NCBI GenBank assembly: GCA_012295275.1
Contig: CM022675.1
Location: forward strand, 8,556,001 to 8,620,000
Origin: Chrysomallon squamiferum
Lineage: Eukaryota > Animalia > Mollusca
Direction: 5' to 3'
DNA: 64,000 nt
The notes below the pieces were generated by a model, which was given only the letters and a program-made list of their open reading frames with translations, did no database searches and was not told the DNA's origin. Below are positions 44,102-55,973 of the stretch, piece by piece. The first letter of the stretch is position 1. Each line of letters opens with the position of its first letter. Both the position numbers and the translations under genes were made by a program.

Positions 44102-44552
44102 AAACATTTAAGAAATAAATTCTTCTTGCAGATATTTAACAAACATTTATTACAGAATGAATAAATAAATAAATAAAAAATAAATAAATAAATAAATAAA
44201 AACATTTAAGAAATCATTTCTTCTTGCAGATATTTACCAAACAGTTCTGTCTGAATAAATAAATAAATAAATATATAAAAACATTTAAGAAGAAAAAAAA
44301 AAAAAGATAATTTTTTACATGTGGTTTTTAAGAAAAACATCTCTAGATGAAGCTGTAAAACATAATTAAATAAATATATAACAAAAATATTTAAGATTAA
44401 AAAAAAGATAATTTTGGCAAATATTTACCAAACAGTGATGTCAAAATAGCACCACTGCAGGAAGAAATCATCTGCTGTATGGGAGAAATGAAAATCCCAT
44501 GTCGGGACTGTTTCTTCTCCGTCGTTTTCTTGTCTTTTTTCTCTTCCATCAT
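38336..44552 (-). CDS. SLC25A40: Mitochondrial carrier SLC25A39/SLC25A40 family (glutathione importer; yeast Mtm1-like); complement join(44429..44552,43614..43786,43111..43178,41739..41866,40840..41013,40589..40698,39979..40060,38958..39035,38336..38469), 356 aa
   Basis: Three carrier signatures ([24 protein letters not shown]). Family motifs [60 protein letters not shown] and [18 protein letters not shown]. Nine exons sum to 1071 nt with consistent phases. A39 versus A40 orthology is not resolved; probably a co-ortholog of both. Confidence 0.93.
38958..39035 (-). CDS. SLC25A40: SLC25A39/40 coding exon 8
   Basis: (R)[25 protein letters not shown](G) |gtaaat. Confidence 0.9.
39979..40060 (-). 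CDS. SLC25A40: SLC25A39/40 coding exon 7
   Basis: [27 protein letters not shown] |gtgagt. Confidence 0.92.
40589..40698 (-). CDS. SLC25A40: SLC25A39/40 coding exon 6
   Basis: (A)[10 protein letters not shown]...[10 protein letters not shown] |gttcgt (weak donor). Confidence 0.88.
40840..41013 (-). CDS. SLC25A40: SLC25A39/40 coding exon 5
   Basis: [18 protein letters not shown]...[17 protein letters not shown] |gtacag. Confidence 0.93.
41739..41866 (-). CDS. SLC25A40: SLC25A39/40 coding exon 4
   Basis: [18 protein letters not shown]...MVAGATAR |gtaac; not in ORF track. Confidence 0.92.
41895..42200. repeat. Degenerate minisatellite (ttttaccttgatgt) in SLC25A39/40 intron
   Basis: ~7 recognisable copies of ttttacct. 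Confidence 0.8.
43111..43178 (-). CDS. SLC25A40: SLC25A39/40 coding exon 3
   Basis: [22 protein letters not shown](L) |gtatgt. Confidence 0.92.
43614..43786 (-). CDS. SLC25A40: SLC25A39/40 coding exon 2
   Basis: (V)[13 protein letters not shown]...[15 protein letters not shown]...FNGVQ, flanked by AG/GT. Confidence 0.92.
44429..44552 (-). CDS. SLC25A40: SLC25A39/40 coding exon 1
   Basis: MMEEKKDKK...[20 protein letters not shown](V) |gtaaat; exon probably begins at the acceptor at 44617. Confidence 0.88.
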
Positions 44553-44602
44553 GTCAACCTGCTCACTGTTCTAATTAAGTGACACAGTTTGGTCGTTTCC
44601 AT
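44549..44602 (-). promoter_or_regulatory. uORF (17 aa, [17 protein letters not shown]) in the SLC25A39/40 leader
   Basis: GCCATGG context; TGA stop overlaps ATG 44552 and ATG 44549 (ACATGATG); lies downstream of the predicted acceptor at 44617. Confidence 0.6.
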
Positions 44603-45063
44603 GGCTCCAGGGGAAAACTGAATAAGAATAAATGTGGTTTGTTTTTAAAAATTCATATACAACAAATACAAATAACATTTTTACATATTAAGATATATAT
44701 GTTTGTATCCATGTATAAATAACCACACACAAATATGTACATGTGCATATCTATATGTCCACATCTATATGTGTGTGTGTGTGTATATATGTGTCTGTGT
44801 GTGCGTGTGTGTTTAGTGTGTGTATGTATACATGTGTTTATATGAATATATATATATATCACGTACACACAATGTTTATATATATGACTTGCACACATAC
44901 ATATACAATTATTTGGTTTTACATACATAGAGATGTTAAGTTGAAAAGGCCCTATTTTGGGAACCAGAACAAATACATATACAACACAACACACAATGTA
45001 TACACATACTAACACCTACAAATAAACACAAAAAACACATCACAGTATACATACATACAAACG

Positions 45064-45101
<38 letters not shown>

Positions 45102-45603
45102 AAATATTTATAAACAAACACAAAACACTGTCCTATTTAATCAACAACATTAAAAACTTAAAATAAAAATACATCAGATGTAGATGTATTTACATCAGTG
45201 TACTACTATGTTAAAAACATCTATATAACACAAAAACTGTAAATAACACATATGTAAATAAATACTTATTTATGCAAACACTTGTGACACACATGCATAA
45301 TGCATTATAACGACATGTTATCCATTAGAATATATAATTTATTATAAACCAAAAGGATTAAGACTGAATATACAGTACTAAATCTGAACCTCACTGTGCT
45401 GGTTTGAACTGTTTCAGTTGTATACAAATGACAAGTGCAATAAAAATTGTGTAATATAAATTTAAGTTTGATTTACAGGTGTGTGTTATATAAATAAAGA
45501 ACTTTTAGAACTTTTATGTATAAAAAATAATATAAAAACATGTTGTACATGTGCCACTGGTAGATGATTGTAACTTCAAAACTAAATTGTCATTATTTTT
45601 TAA

Positions 45604-45642
<39 letters not shown>

Positions 45643-45799
45643 TAATAATTTGAATATATTAAATTAACTGGATTAAAATTTAAACGTTAAATAAATTTCA
45701 TGAAGTTGCATCATACTCATCGTATACAAGTAAGAGAAATAAGTAAGAAAAAATATATAAATAAATTATACTGCTGGATGTCACAGGATGATTTAATGT

Positions 45800-46934
45800 C
45801 TACTCGGTCACATAATGTCAAATGCAGAAATAGCAGACGTCGCGATAATGAAAGAAATGTAGTTTCCTTAACGATACCTTCAGACGGACTCAGCCTGTTG
45901 CTGCGATTGTCACGTTAAATCCTATGAACAATTACCTAAAAGTCGTTTGCCAGAACCATACATCTTGTATGCACATCTAATAGTACTATCAACACACTTA
46001 AAACACTCATGCATAGAGAATGATAGATAGTACTTGACATATACTGACCCTCGAACCAAGGTCCCTTTGCAAGCAGTTCAGGATTCTCGAGTCACGTTTT
46101 TCTATGTGGTTTTTATTTACTACATTGGAGTGATCCCCCCCTCGCAAAAAAAAAAAAAAAAAAGAGTATATACTATTAACTACACGATTTCTTCAGATCA
46201 ATATACGAATATAGTTCAGAAATTCAAAATACAAAATATGTGAACTGACAAATATTACAATACTAAACGAGAAAACAGTCAGGTATGAAACAAATAAGTA
46301 AATCCCATTAATATAAAGCCGTTCTAAATACAATTTAAAATGACCCATTAATATAATTCTAATATTTCATAAATAAAAATGTAATTAAAATATTCGCGAC
46401 AACAACAACAACAACAACAAAAAAACGTGATTGTATCTTTATTTTTTCAATTAATAATACTATAGCTGAATTGTGTTGTTTTACTACTACTATTTATTTA
46501 TTTACTTATATTTAATAAATTATGTTTGACAAGAATTCATTAGTAATTAACAATAAAGAAAGACAGAGGCGGTATCCGCGGCCATATTAAATTTAAACAA
46601 CAAAATGTATAGAGAAATATATTTTAGAACACTAGAGTTAATTAACATTTTAGATTATAAAAGGTTTCATAGATAGTATATCAGTAATCTTCACCCAAAA
46701 AATACTAATAAAATAAATGAAATAAAATTAAATTAAAATTTTTTATAAATAAAAGAATTTAAAATATAAAAATATGAATAATAAATTAATTAATTTAACA
46801 AAATAAATAACAATGAAAAGTTCTTTTATACCGATTTTTTAAATATATTTTTAAAAGTTAAATTCGTTCGTTCTTTCTTTCTTTCATTGTTGTTGTTGTT
46901 GCTGCTGCTGCTATTACTATCATCATCATCATCA

Positions 46935-46979
<45 letters not shown>

Positions 46980-47341
46980 TTTTCGAACTGTTTAGAATGT
47001 ACACTGTATATTTATCCTTGTGAACTATTACACAAATACTAACGACTAGCCGTTAGCCTTATAGTATTTCATAAATTATATACGAAAATAAAAATTATAT
47101 AACGATGTTTTCAATAAAATAACGAACTTAATAAATAATTTTACTGTTTATGCAGTGTAATATATATAAGACAGAATATTTAAACATAATTTTATGTGGA
47201 TGTTAAACAAAGACGAATTAAACATATTTATACGGAAATAACTGTTACAGCTTTATTCATTAGCCTCTATCGTGTGATTATTTTTGTTCGATTACAAGAA
47301 TTATTTCATAACAGTTCCACGTTTACTAAAATCAAATAGCT
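45800..47341. promoter_or_regulatory. Divergent promoter region between SLC25A39/40 (-) and the tetraspanin (+)
   Basis: Head-to-head genes; CpG retained locally; YY1-like GCGGCCATATT at ~46578; candidate minus-strand 5'UTR donors AG|GTATCG (~45877) and GG|GTCAGT (~46048). Confidence 0.5.
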
Positions 47342-47404
47342 ATGGTTTGTGGGGGATTCGCTTGCTCGAGAAATTCCCTGGCTGCTCTTAATGTTTTATA
47401 TATA
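47342..47404 (+). CDS. TSPAN31: Tetraspanin exon 1
   Basis: [21 protein letters not shown] |gtaagt; not in ORF track. Confidence 0.93.
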
Positions 47405-50400
47405 GTAAGTATATCTGAAACAAATTAAATATAATATTGTAATGGATCGTGTCACTGTCGTATGCTACATGGCACCAATATGAGGCCCTGAAGAGGATGA
47501 TTCTAGCCTTTATCAATGGGCATAAACACGTCCGAAAAATACACAAATTTTTATAACATTAGTTAGATAATAAATTAATAGTAATTTTGTCACATAGCAG
47601 ATGAATGATACAGAATTTATTTTCGCTCATCTTTCGATAATAAATCAGATTATCATCTACACTAGAAATTTATAAAATTAAAAAAAAACATTCTATGGTT
47701 TTAGATCTGTTACAACTTCTTGAAGTTGTAGTCATAACAATGTTCAACATATTAATTTTTTCGACATAGAATAGATCATGATTATTATATCATTCATTTT
47801 ACGTTATCATTATTTTACTGATAGGCAGTTTATGGTATTTTTATATTTGTTCTATATACGTTTTATATATATTATACATCTGTAAAACATTTATGATATT
47901 TGTTGATTTGATATATAAAAATTGAAAAGGTTGTGATTCATTATTATACTTTGAACTGAAGAATGTTCAACAATATAATGCAGATTATTAAAATTTTCAT
48001 AAAAATTCAAAAAAATAAATAAATTAAATAGTCATAATCTTTACTACAAGGAATTGTTATTAGTGTATTACAGATAATGTAAATACAATTAGGTAATTAT
48101 ATTAATAGTTTATTAAAATGGTAACATCACTGATACCATTTTTCATTATTTATACTACCATTTTTATCCATACGTTCATCATAAACAAGGAATGGCCTTA
48201 ATACTTCTGAAGAGTTAGAGCACAGCTTACATCATTAATGATTTTAATATGCTACATAGCATATCATGTTTTTTTTCCTATTCTATCCATTTCTCAAGCC
48301 ACATAAATATAAATTATAAAGATGCCTTGGTACTGATCAGTAAGAGTAGGCTCAGTAACCCAGAAAATAATAACAGCAAATTTCTTTTCTTATATCTTCA
48401 TTTTACATCTAACAACTGTTAATAATAATTATAAAAGTGTCTTCTGGTGCCTTTACACAAATATTCATTGACTCAGTAGTTTATTTATCATATCTAACAT
48501 CATTATATACATGTTACTTCCATCAAATCACAGTCATCATCCTTATTGTAAGTATCATCGTAAACACACCATAAACACATTATAAAGCTTTTAATTATAT
48601 ACAGGTTTATTCAGATTGTTTATTTGTTATTGCCATTGTTGAAACAATTTTTTTTATCTGAATATTTATGTGTTTATTAAATTTTGTAAATTAATATAAT
48701 CAGCATTTTCCTTCTGTGATTGGTAACAGGGTTATAAAACTGGATATGATAGTGTGTGTGTGTGTGTGTGTGTTTCTGATTAGTTAAATTAGTAATATAA
48801 TTTATGTTATTAATACTTATGTGTTATTGTTTGATTTTGATAGATTATACAATTTATTTTATCTATCCATCATGCTATCTGGCTGTCTGTCTATTTTTAA
48901 TTTTATATATTTTTTTCTAATTTTTAATTTTTAATTTTTCAGTTGGTGTCATTTATTCTGGTTGGGGTAGCAGCCTACTGTCGTCTGTTGGCTATAGTTA
49001 CCAGTCTGACATTGGTTGGAAGTTTCATAGCATGTGGAGTGTTTCTCTTCTTTATTGCTCTCACTGGGCTGATCGGAGCACTGAAGCACCACCAAGTTCT
49101 TCTCTTCTTCGTATCCTTGTTCAAAATTTTATTTTACCCAGCATATGTTAATTTTAATAATGTCAAAAAGTTATATTTATCTGGTACATCATGGCATATA
49201 ATTTACTGAATTTTATATGTTCAAAATGACATGTTGTGTAACGGCAATATGATCATTCCTTGCTGCTCTGCATTGATTGTACAGTAATGCCATTGGCTTT
49301 TCTCATGTTGTTAAGCCAAAAAATTATATTTGACACATAATGTTCAAAGTACAGTTATTAACAAATATCCACTTGTAAATGCAAAGTTCATTTTGTTGTT
49401 TTATCTTTTTTTGTTGTTGTTATTTTGTAATTACATGCAACTGTTTTAAAAGCTTTGAAACTGAAAATTTATCTTACTGATATTCATATTAGTAAGGAAA
49501 TACATTTGTTTTATTGTAATTTATCCAGGGTTAGGTAAATGTTAAATGATACATTATTACTGTATCTTGATCACAGGATCTGTTTGTTATATGTGTCTTT
49601 CTCTCACACACACACACACTCAACAAGTAGGTCTCTGCGGTATACACACAACACATAGATCCAATGATATAGATATAATTCATATATCTATCTATGATCT
49701 TTTGTTTATATGTTCAGATTAAGAGTGAAAATTGGAAAGTCTCATTTGAGGGGGTTAATCCAGTGACCTTTTGCACCTTAAAGGGACATCATTTATCAAC
49801 ACCTTTTTGCAGATATTGAGCAATCTGTGCTTTGTTGCTTTATTGCTTTCTACCCCTGTACTGTCACAGCTGTTCACATGTGTTACCTATTGTTCAGAAT
49901 TGTCATGGTAACAGCTTGCATTCCGTGGCTCGATGTCCTTGTTATCGATTGTGCACCTTGCAGATCTGATCAAAATTTAATTTTTTATAAAATAATATTA
50001 ATAAGAAAGAAATAAAGAAAGAAACCATTTTAAAAAAGTAAAAACTGATTAAAATGGAGAGAAAAAATTCAACAGCTTTTTCTTTCTAATGTAATTTATT
50101 TTATATTTTTTTATATTTTTTAATATTTTTTAATGAGTTTGAATCAAACTTTGATAGCATTATGGTTTACTGTTTCTGACATCAGACTGCATAATTAATT
50201 TTAAGAGGGATCTCTCAAATTTAATCTGTGTAATTATACTGAATCTTTATCAAGTTCATGTATGTGGCAAAATACATATATATGTATACTTAGTTATCAT
50301 GCATGTGTACAAGTGTTACTTGTTTAGCTGAAAGATATATATTTATCAGTTAAGTATCTGAACTAATTACAACATGGGTTATAATATAACAGTGATATTC

Positions 50401-50551
50401 AATCCTGTTTTTCCTATGCATATAATTAATTCCGACATTTTAACTTAATATACATAAAATCTGCAGCCAACCAAAGCTTTGTATTGCTATGGCTTGTGCC
50501 TGAGTTTATGGTTTTTGTTTTGGTTTTTTTTTCCATGTCCCTGATGTGAAT

Positions 50552-50593
<42 letters not shown>

Positions 50594-52303
50594 TAATCTC
50601 AGGCTATCATCTTTCATTAACGCCACTGAAACATCCACACAATCACCTGCATCTGGACCTCAGTAGTAATTAAAACTCTATAAATTTCAGATAAAAGATT
50701 TACATTCAAAAACCGTGGGTAATTTCTCACAAACGGTCGGATTCACATTCAGTTTTTTCCTTGACCTTTTCCTCCAGTACATGATAATTCTGTTCCTGCT
50801 GTTTCTGCTGCAGTTCTCGCTGGCCTGCGCCTGTCTGGCGTTCAACTCCAGCCAGCAGGAGCAGCTGGTGGAGCAGAGCTGGAAACTGTCCAGCGAGGGA
50901 ACCAAGAACGACGTGCAGATTAACTTAAACTGCTGCGGCTTCAACGACAACGATCAAAATACTCTGAACGGGTCACAACTGGGCCACCCTAAGTGTGAAA
51001 AGGTGAAAAAAAAAAAAAAAATTTCTAACTTTTTGAATTTCGTGTAGACATAGATTTTAAACTTTATTCATACGAACTTAAATTCTAAATTCTGAATCTT
51101 CAAAAACAAGGATGTGAACATGTAGGCTCTCAAGCATCCTTAGTGTTACACATGAAAGTTTTTTTGTTTTTTTTCATATATATATATATATAATGTTTTT
51201 GAAATTGATATAAGCATAGATTCTTTCCTCTGAAAAGTTTTTTTGTAACTTAAAATTTATGTAGGCATAGATTTCAGACATTACCAGTTTTAATCTTAAC
51301 TGCAGCAGCTTCAGCAAAATATTTTGTAAAATAATTGGACCTTGGCAGTGAGCCACCCAATGGTTAATGTTAAATGGTAAATGTTTTTTTAATAAAATCT
51401 ATGCAGGATTGATTTGTACCTGTGAAAATCATGTTGTAGTCATAGATTTTTACCTGTGAAAATCATCTACACATAGACTTTTATCTATTTTAACTTAAAC
51501 TTAAACTTCTGTGGCTTAAACGACAAGGATAAAAATATTTATTTGTTTTACAACTGGATTCCTGTAGAATTGATCCGAAGGCAGTCTGTTGTCCAAATGA
51601 ATTAAAAAATAAAAAAATCTATATAAAATATTTATCTGTTTATTTTTATGTTTATTTAATTTTTTTACAGCTGTAAAAATCGACCCAAAGGCAATATGTT
51701 GTTCAGATGAATTAAAATAGAAACATACAAAAATATTTTTTTATTTATTTATTTATTTATTTATTTTTTTTTTGCAGTTGGATTGCTGTAAAACTGACCA
51801 TTTATTTTTATGTTTATTTAATTTTTTACAGCTATAAAAATTGACCCGAAGGCAATGTGTTTAAAATTGAAACATACAAAAATATTGTTTATTTTTTTAT
51901 TTTTTATTTTTATTTTTTTTTTTAAATTTTGCAGTTGGATTGCTGTAAAGCTGACCAGACTTCAATCTGTTGCTCTGGAAACCCAAAAGGCAATCTGACC
52001 TGTCCATGTCACACATCATGTTTCAAAAAAATCCAGTCAAAGATAAATTCAGCTTTCAAAACGGCTGGAGGTGTGGGATTATTCTTCAGTTTTACAGAGG
52101 TATTTAAATAGATTTCTAAAAGTGTGAACGTAAATCTCCCTGAAAATCAATATTTTATAAACAGATATTTTGTTCTTAATGTTAGAAACATTGATAAGAA
52201 ATTAATAATTGGTTTCAGGTTTTTGTTTTAACATTTAAAACAGTTTCATTATTTTTATATTTTTTTTTTATATATTTTTTATTTTTTGCTTTACCTTTTT
52301 TTT

Positions 52304-52347
<44 letters not shown>

Positions 52348-52445
52348 TGTAAAAACAACTGATAAGTATTAACACAACACAAAATTATTATTATTGTTAA
52401 TAATATTATTACTACTATTACTATTATTATTATTACTACTATTAC

Positions 52446-52494
<49 letters not shown>

Positions 52495-52944
52495 TTTTAT
52501 TTTTTTTTTTTTTTTTTATTATTATTAGATGTTTAGTTTTTATGGTAGTGTTTGTAGAAAAGTATGTCAGAAACTTTTTATTTTGTATTTATTTATTTTA
52601 TTTTATTTTTTTTTTAACATTTAAAACCATTTTTTAATTTATATATTCTGTTAATTAAATATCCTTCTTTTCTTTTTAAGAAATTTTAAGTACTGTTTTT
52701 TTTTTTTTTTCTGAAAATGTTCTACCATACACAAATTATGAAAATGTTATATATTTTGGTAATTTTTATATATATATTTTCCACTTTGTTTTAACAGTAG
52801 TAAATACCTAAATTTTGTCAAATGTGTATCTGTTTTTGCACACATGTATGTTGAACTTGCTGTTGTTTATTTATCAGTGTAACCCACTGTCCTACTACTA
52901 ACAAACCTATAATTAATTTTCACAGCTTTTGGCCATGATAATCA

Positions 52945-52978
<34 letters not shown>

Positions 52979-53253
52979 AACAAATATTTTCCACTTTTTT
53001 AACTCTGCATTACAACTAGAAAGATGCATCATTGCTGACTAACATGCACACATTATTTAGATGCTTATTAAAAAATGATTATTATTAACACACAGATGTT
53101 TAATTTTTTAAAGTCAAAAATAAAATACAGAAAACAAAAGCTAGCAATACATATCATTACATTCCATTTTTTTTTTTTTTTTGTAAATTTTATAAAATAT
53201 ATTAATTTTTGTTATTATTATTATTATTATTATTCTGTCAGTTTTTATGCCTT

Positions 53254-53292
<39 letters not shown>

Positions 53293-55918
53293 ATTATTTC
53301 GAATCTTTAATATTTTTGAAATTATATAGGCCTATATTTTTAATTTTTGTCTTTATACATTTATTCCTTTAATTAGATACTTTGAACCACTTTTCCCTTT
53401 TGCATATATAGGTACATAGAACTTGCACAAATTCTGGTCATAGAAGTAAATTAAACAAAAACAAAAAACCTAAATTAATTACAATCAATAAATTAAATAT
53501 AATAATGAAAAATGAAGATTGGTGTTTTGATTTGAAATTAAAAAATAATAATAATAAAACAAAAAGTAAAACATATTCAAAATAACAGACAGGCTTGGTT
53601 CTTTTGAATCAAAAGTATCTGCATTGTTTTCAAAACATAATTTTAATCTGACCATGCTGTTTGCAAAATATATGAAAGTGAAATAATTCAGGTGAAGCAT
53701 ATTAAAACAGAAAGTTTTCAATTATTTCAAAACTTTTGAATGAAGTAAACTTTAACAAAAAATATATCAAAGTTTATATAGTACAAGATGTTTCAAATGA
53801 AGTAAATTTTGGCAAAAAAACTAAAAAAGAAAGTTTACAATTGTTTCTAACAAAAACTATTTAAAAGAAAGTTTAAAGACTGAAATCTTTCGAATGAAAG
53901 AAAGTTTGGCAAAAACTGAAGAAAAAAAAAGTTTACAGCTGTTTCAAGCAGAAAATATCACAGAAACTGATAATTTTTTTTTATTTTGAGATGTTTCAAA
54001 TGAAGTAATTTTTGGCGAAAACTGTAAAAGAAAGTTTGCAATTGTTTCAGATGATTGGAGTTTGGCTAACCCTTCGTTACCGTAAACAGACAAAACGCCA
54101 TAGTCCATGAGGTAGTTTAGAGCAACCTTTTTTTTTTTCTTTTTTTTTTTTATAATCTTTTCCCTGGTTTCTTTCAACTGGATAGAAGGGTAACAAAATC
54201 CTATCTCCTTTTTCTTCTGCTGAACATGTATACCATAACACTTTGCCCCAAATAACGAGTTCAAATTAGACAAAATAAATCTAATAAAAAAATCTTTTTT
54301 TTTTTTTTTTTTTTTTTAACAACATATTTGTTTTTGGAAAAAAAATTATTCAACATAATAAAAATTTGAGGATGTTCTCTGATTGCGTTAATTTCAGATT
54401 TTTGGTGTATGGATAACTGTACGTTATCGTAACCAAAAGGACCCACGAGCAAATCCACGATCTTTTCTATAATTCATGTATGTGTGCTAGTTGCCAAGGT
54501 ATTACCATGAAAAATTTCTCTTCTCATTTAACCTGTTTTCCAGGCTTCCCATCTTTGTCTAAGTTGTTCTCTTTTTTTATTTTTTCCATTTTTGTTTTTA
54601 TTTGTTTCCAGACACCAAGCAGAATGTACTTGATAATTATTTAATATCAGTAATTGTGAAATGTGTAATATCAGTAATTGTGAAATGTGTAATATTAGTT
54701 ATTGTTAAAATATTTATAATTTAATATTAATAATAATGGAATATTTAATGTTAGGAACTGCAAAACTTTTTATATTAGTAATTGTTGAAGTATTTCATGT
54801 TTAGAACTGTGAAATACTTAATGTTAGCAATTGTGAAATAGTTAATGTTAATAATTGCTGAAATATTTATAATTTAATATTAATAATAGTGAAATATTTA
54901 GTGTAAGTAATTGGTGAAATTTTTAATATCAGTAATTGTGAAATGTAATATTAGTAATAGTGAAATATTCAATTCTAATAAATGTAAAATACTGAATATT
55001 AGTAATTGCTGAAATATTTAATATAATATATTTGATAACGTAAATATTTAAAATTAATAACTGTTAAAACAATTTGAAAGTTTTATAATATTTAGAATCG
55101 ATAGTTACTATGTTACAAAATTTACAGATTACTTTTCATCTATCTAGGCAATCCAGTTATTTAACTGTAAATGGTTGCTTTACTGTTAATAATTATTTTA
55201 CTGTTAATACCAGTATTTAAACAAATTATTTTATTGCTGAAAGTATCTTGATAATTATAATCATATTACAAGTATTATTTTGCAAGAAACAAAGTCACAG
55301 TTTGTGAAAGCGAAGAATTCTGTGAATGAAATGTCACATGCAGTGTCCTTGGAATTGACTGATGCAATTAATTATAAGCTGGAGTTGTCGAGTCCTGATA
55401 CACTGGTGTAGTCGTTGTAAGAAAATCTGCAGCCATGTTGTAAAACTGTGTGCTAGCATCTCATTCATCACGTTAACAGCAGCAGATGTTTTTTGTTACG
55501 ATTTTATCACTGTATATTTAATATGAAAGAAATAACTAATGAATGAAATATAATAGGCTTTGCTAGTAGACATCATGGATGATAGTAATGTCAATAAATG
55601 AATAAATAAGAAAAATAAATATTTAAAGGTATTTTAAGTAGGAATATATGGTACCAAATTAAACTAAATTAAACGAAATGACGACATCAACGAGAATAAC
55701 AGCAACAATAATAATAATAAATATATTTAACTCAGAATATACTGTACCAAATAATAATAACAAATTAAGTGAAACAGGAATAACAACAACAGTAATAATA
55801 AAATATTTAAAGATACTGAATCAAAATATCCTCTACTTTCTTCATGATGAAGATTAATTGTTAATATTTCTAAAAATATAAATTATATTATATGTGATTA
55901 ATTTCAGGTTGCTTATTC

Positions 55919-55973
<55 letters not shown>

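Noticed and set aside
45860-45880. U12-like motifs (plus-strand TTCCTTAAC; minus-strand GTATCGTT)
   Set aside because: The branch-like motif is on the non-coding strand, the donor mismatches GTATCC, and there is no U12 branch site before the 44617 acceptor.
52926-53003. Possible fourth terminal exon (cacag|[12 protein letters not shown]...)
   Set aside because: Lacks the GVW and RYR motifs and runs into a (TA)n microsatellite.
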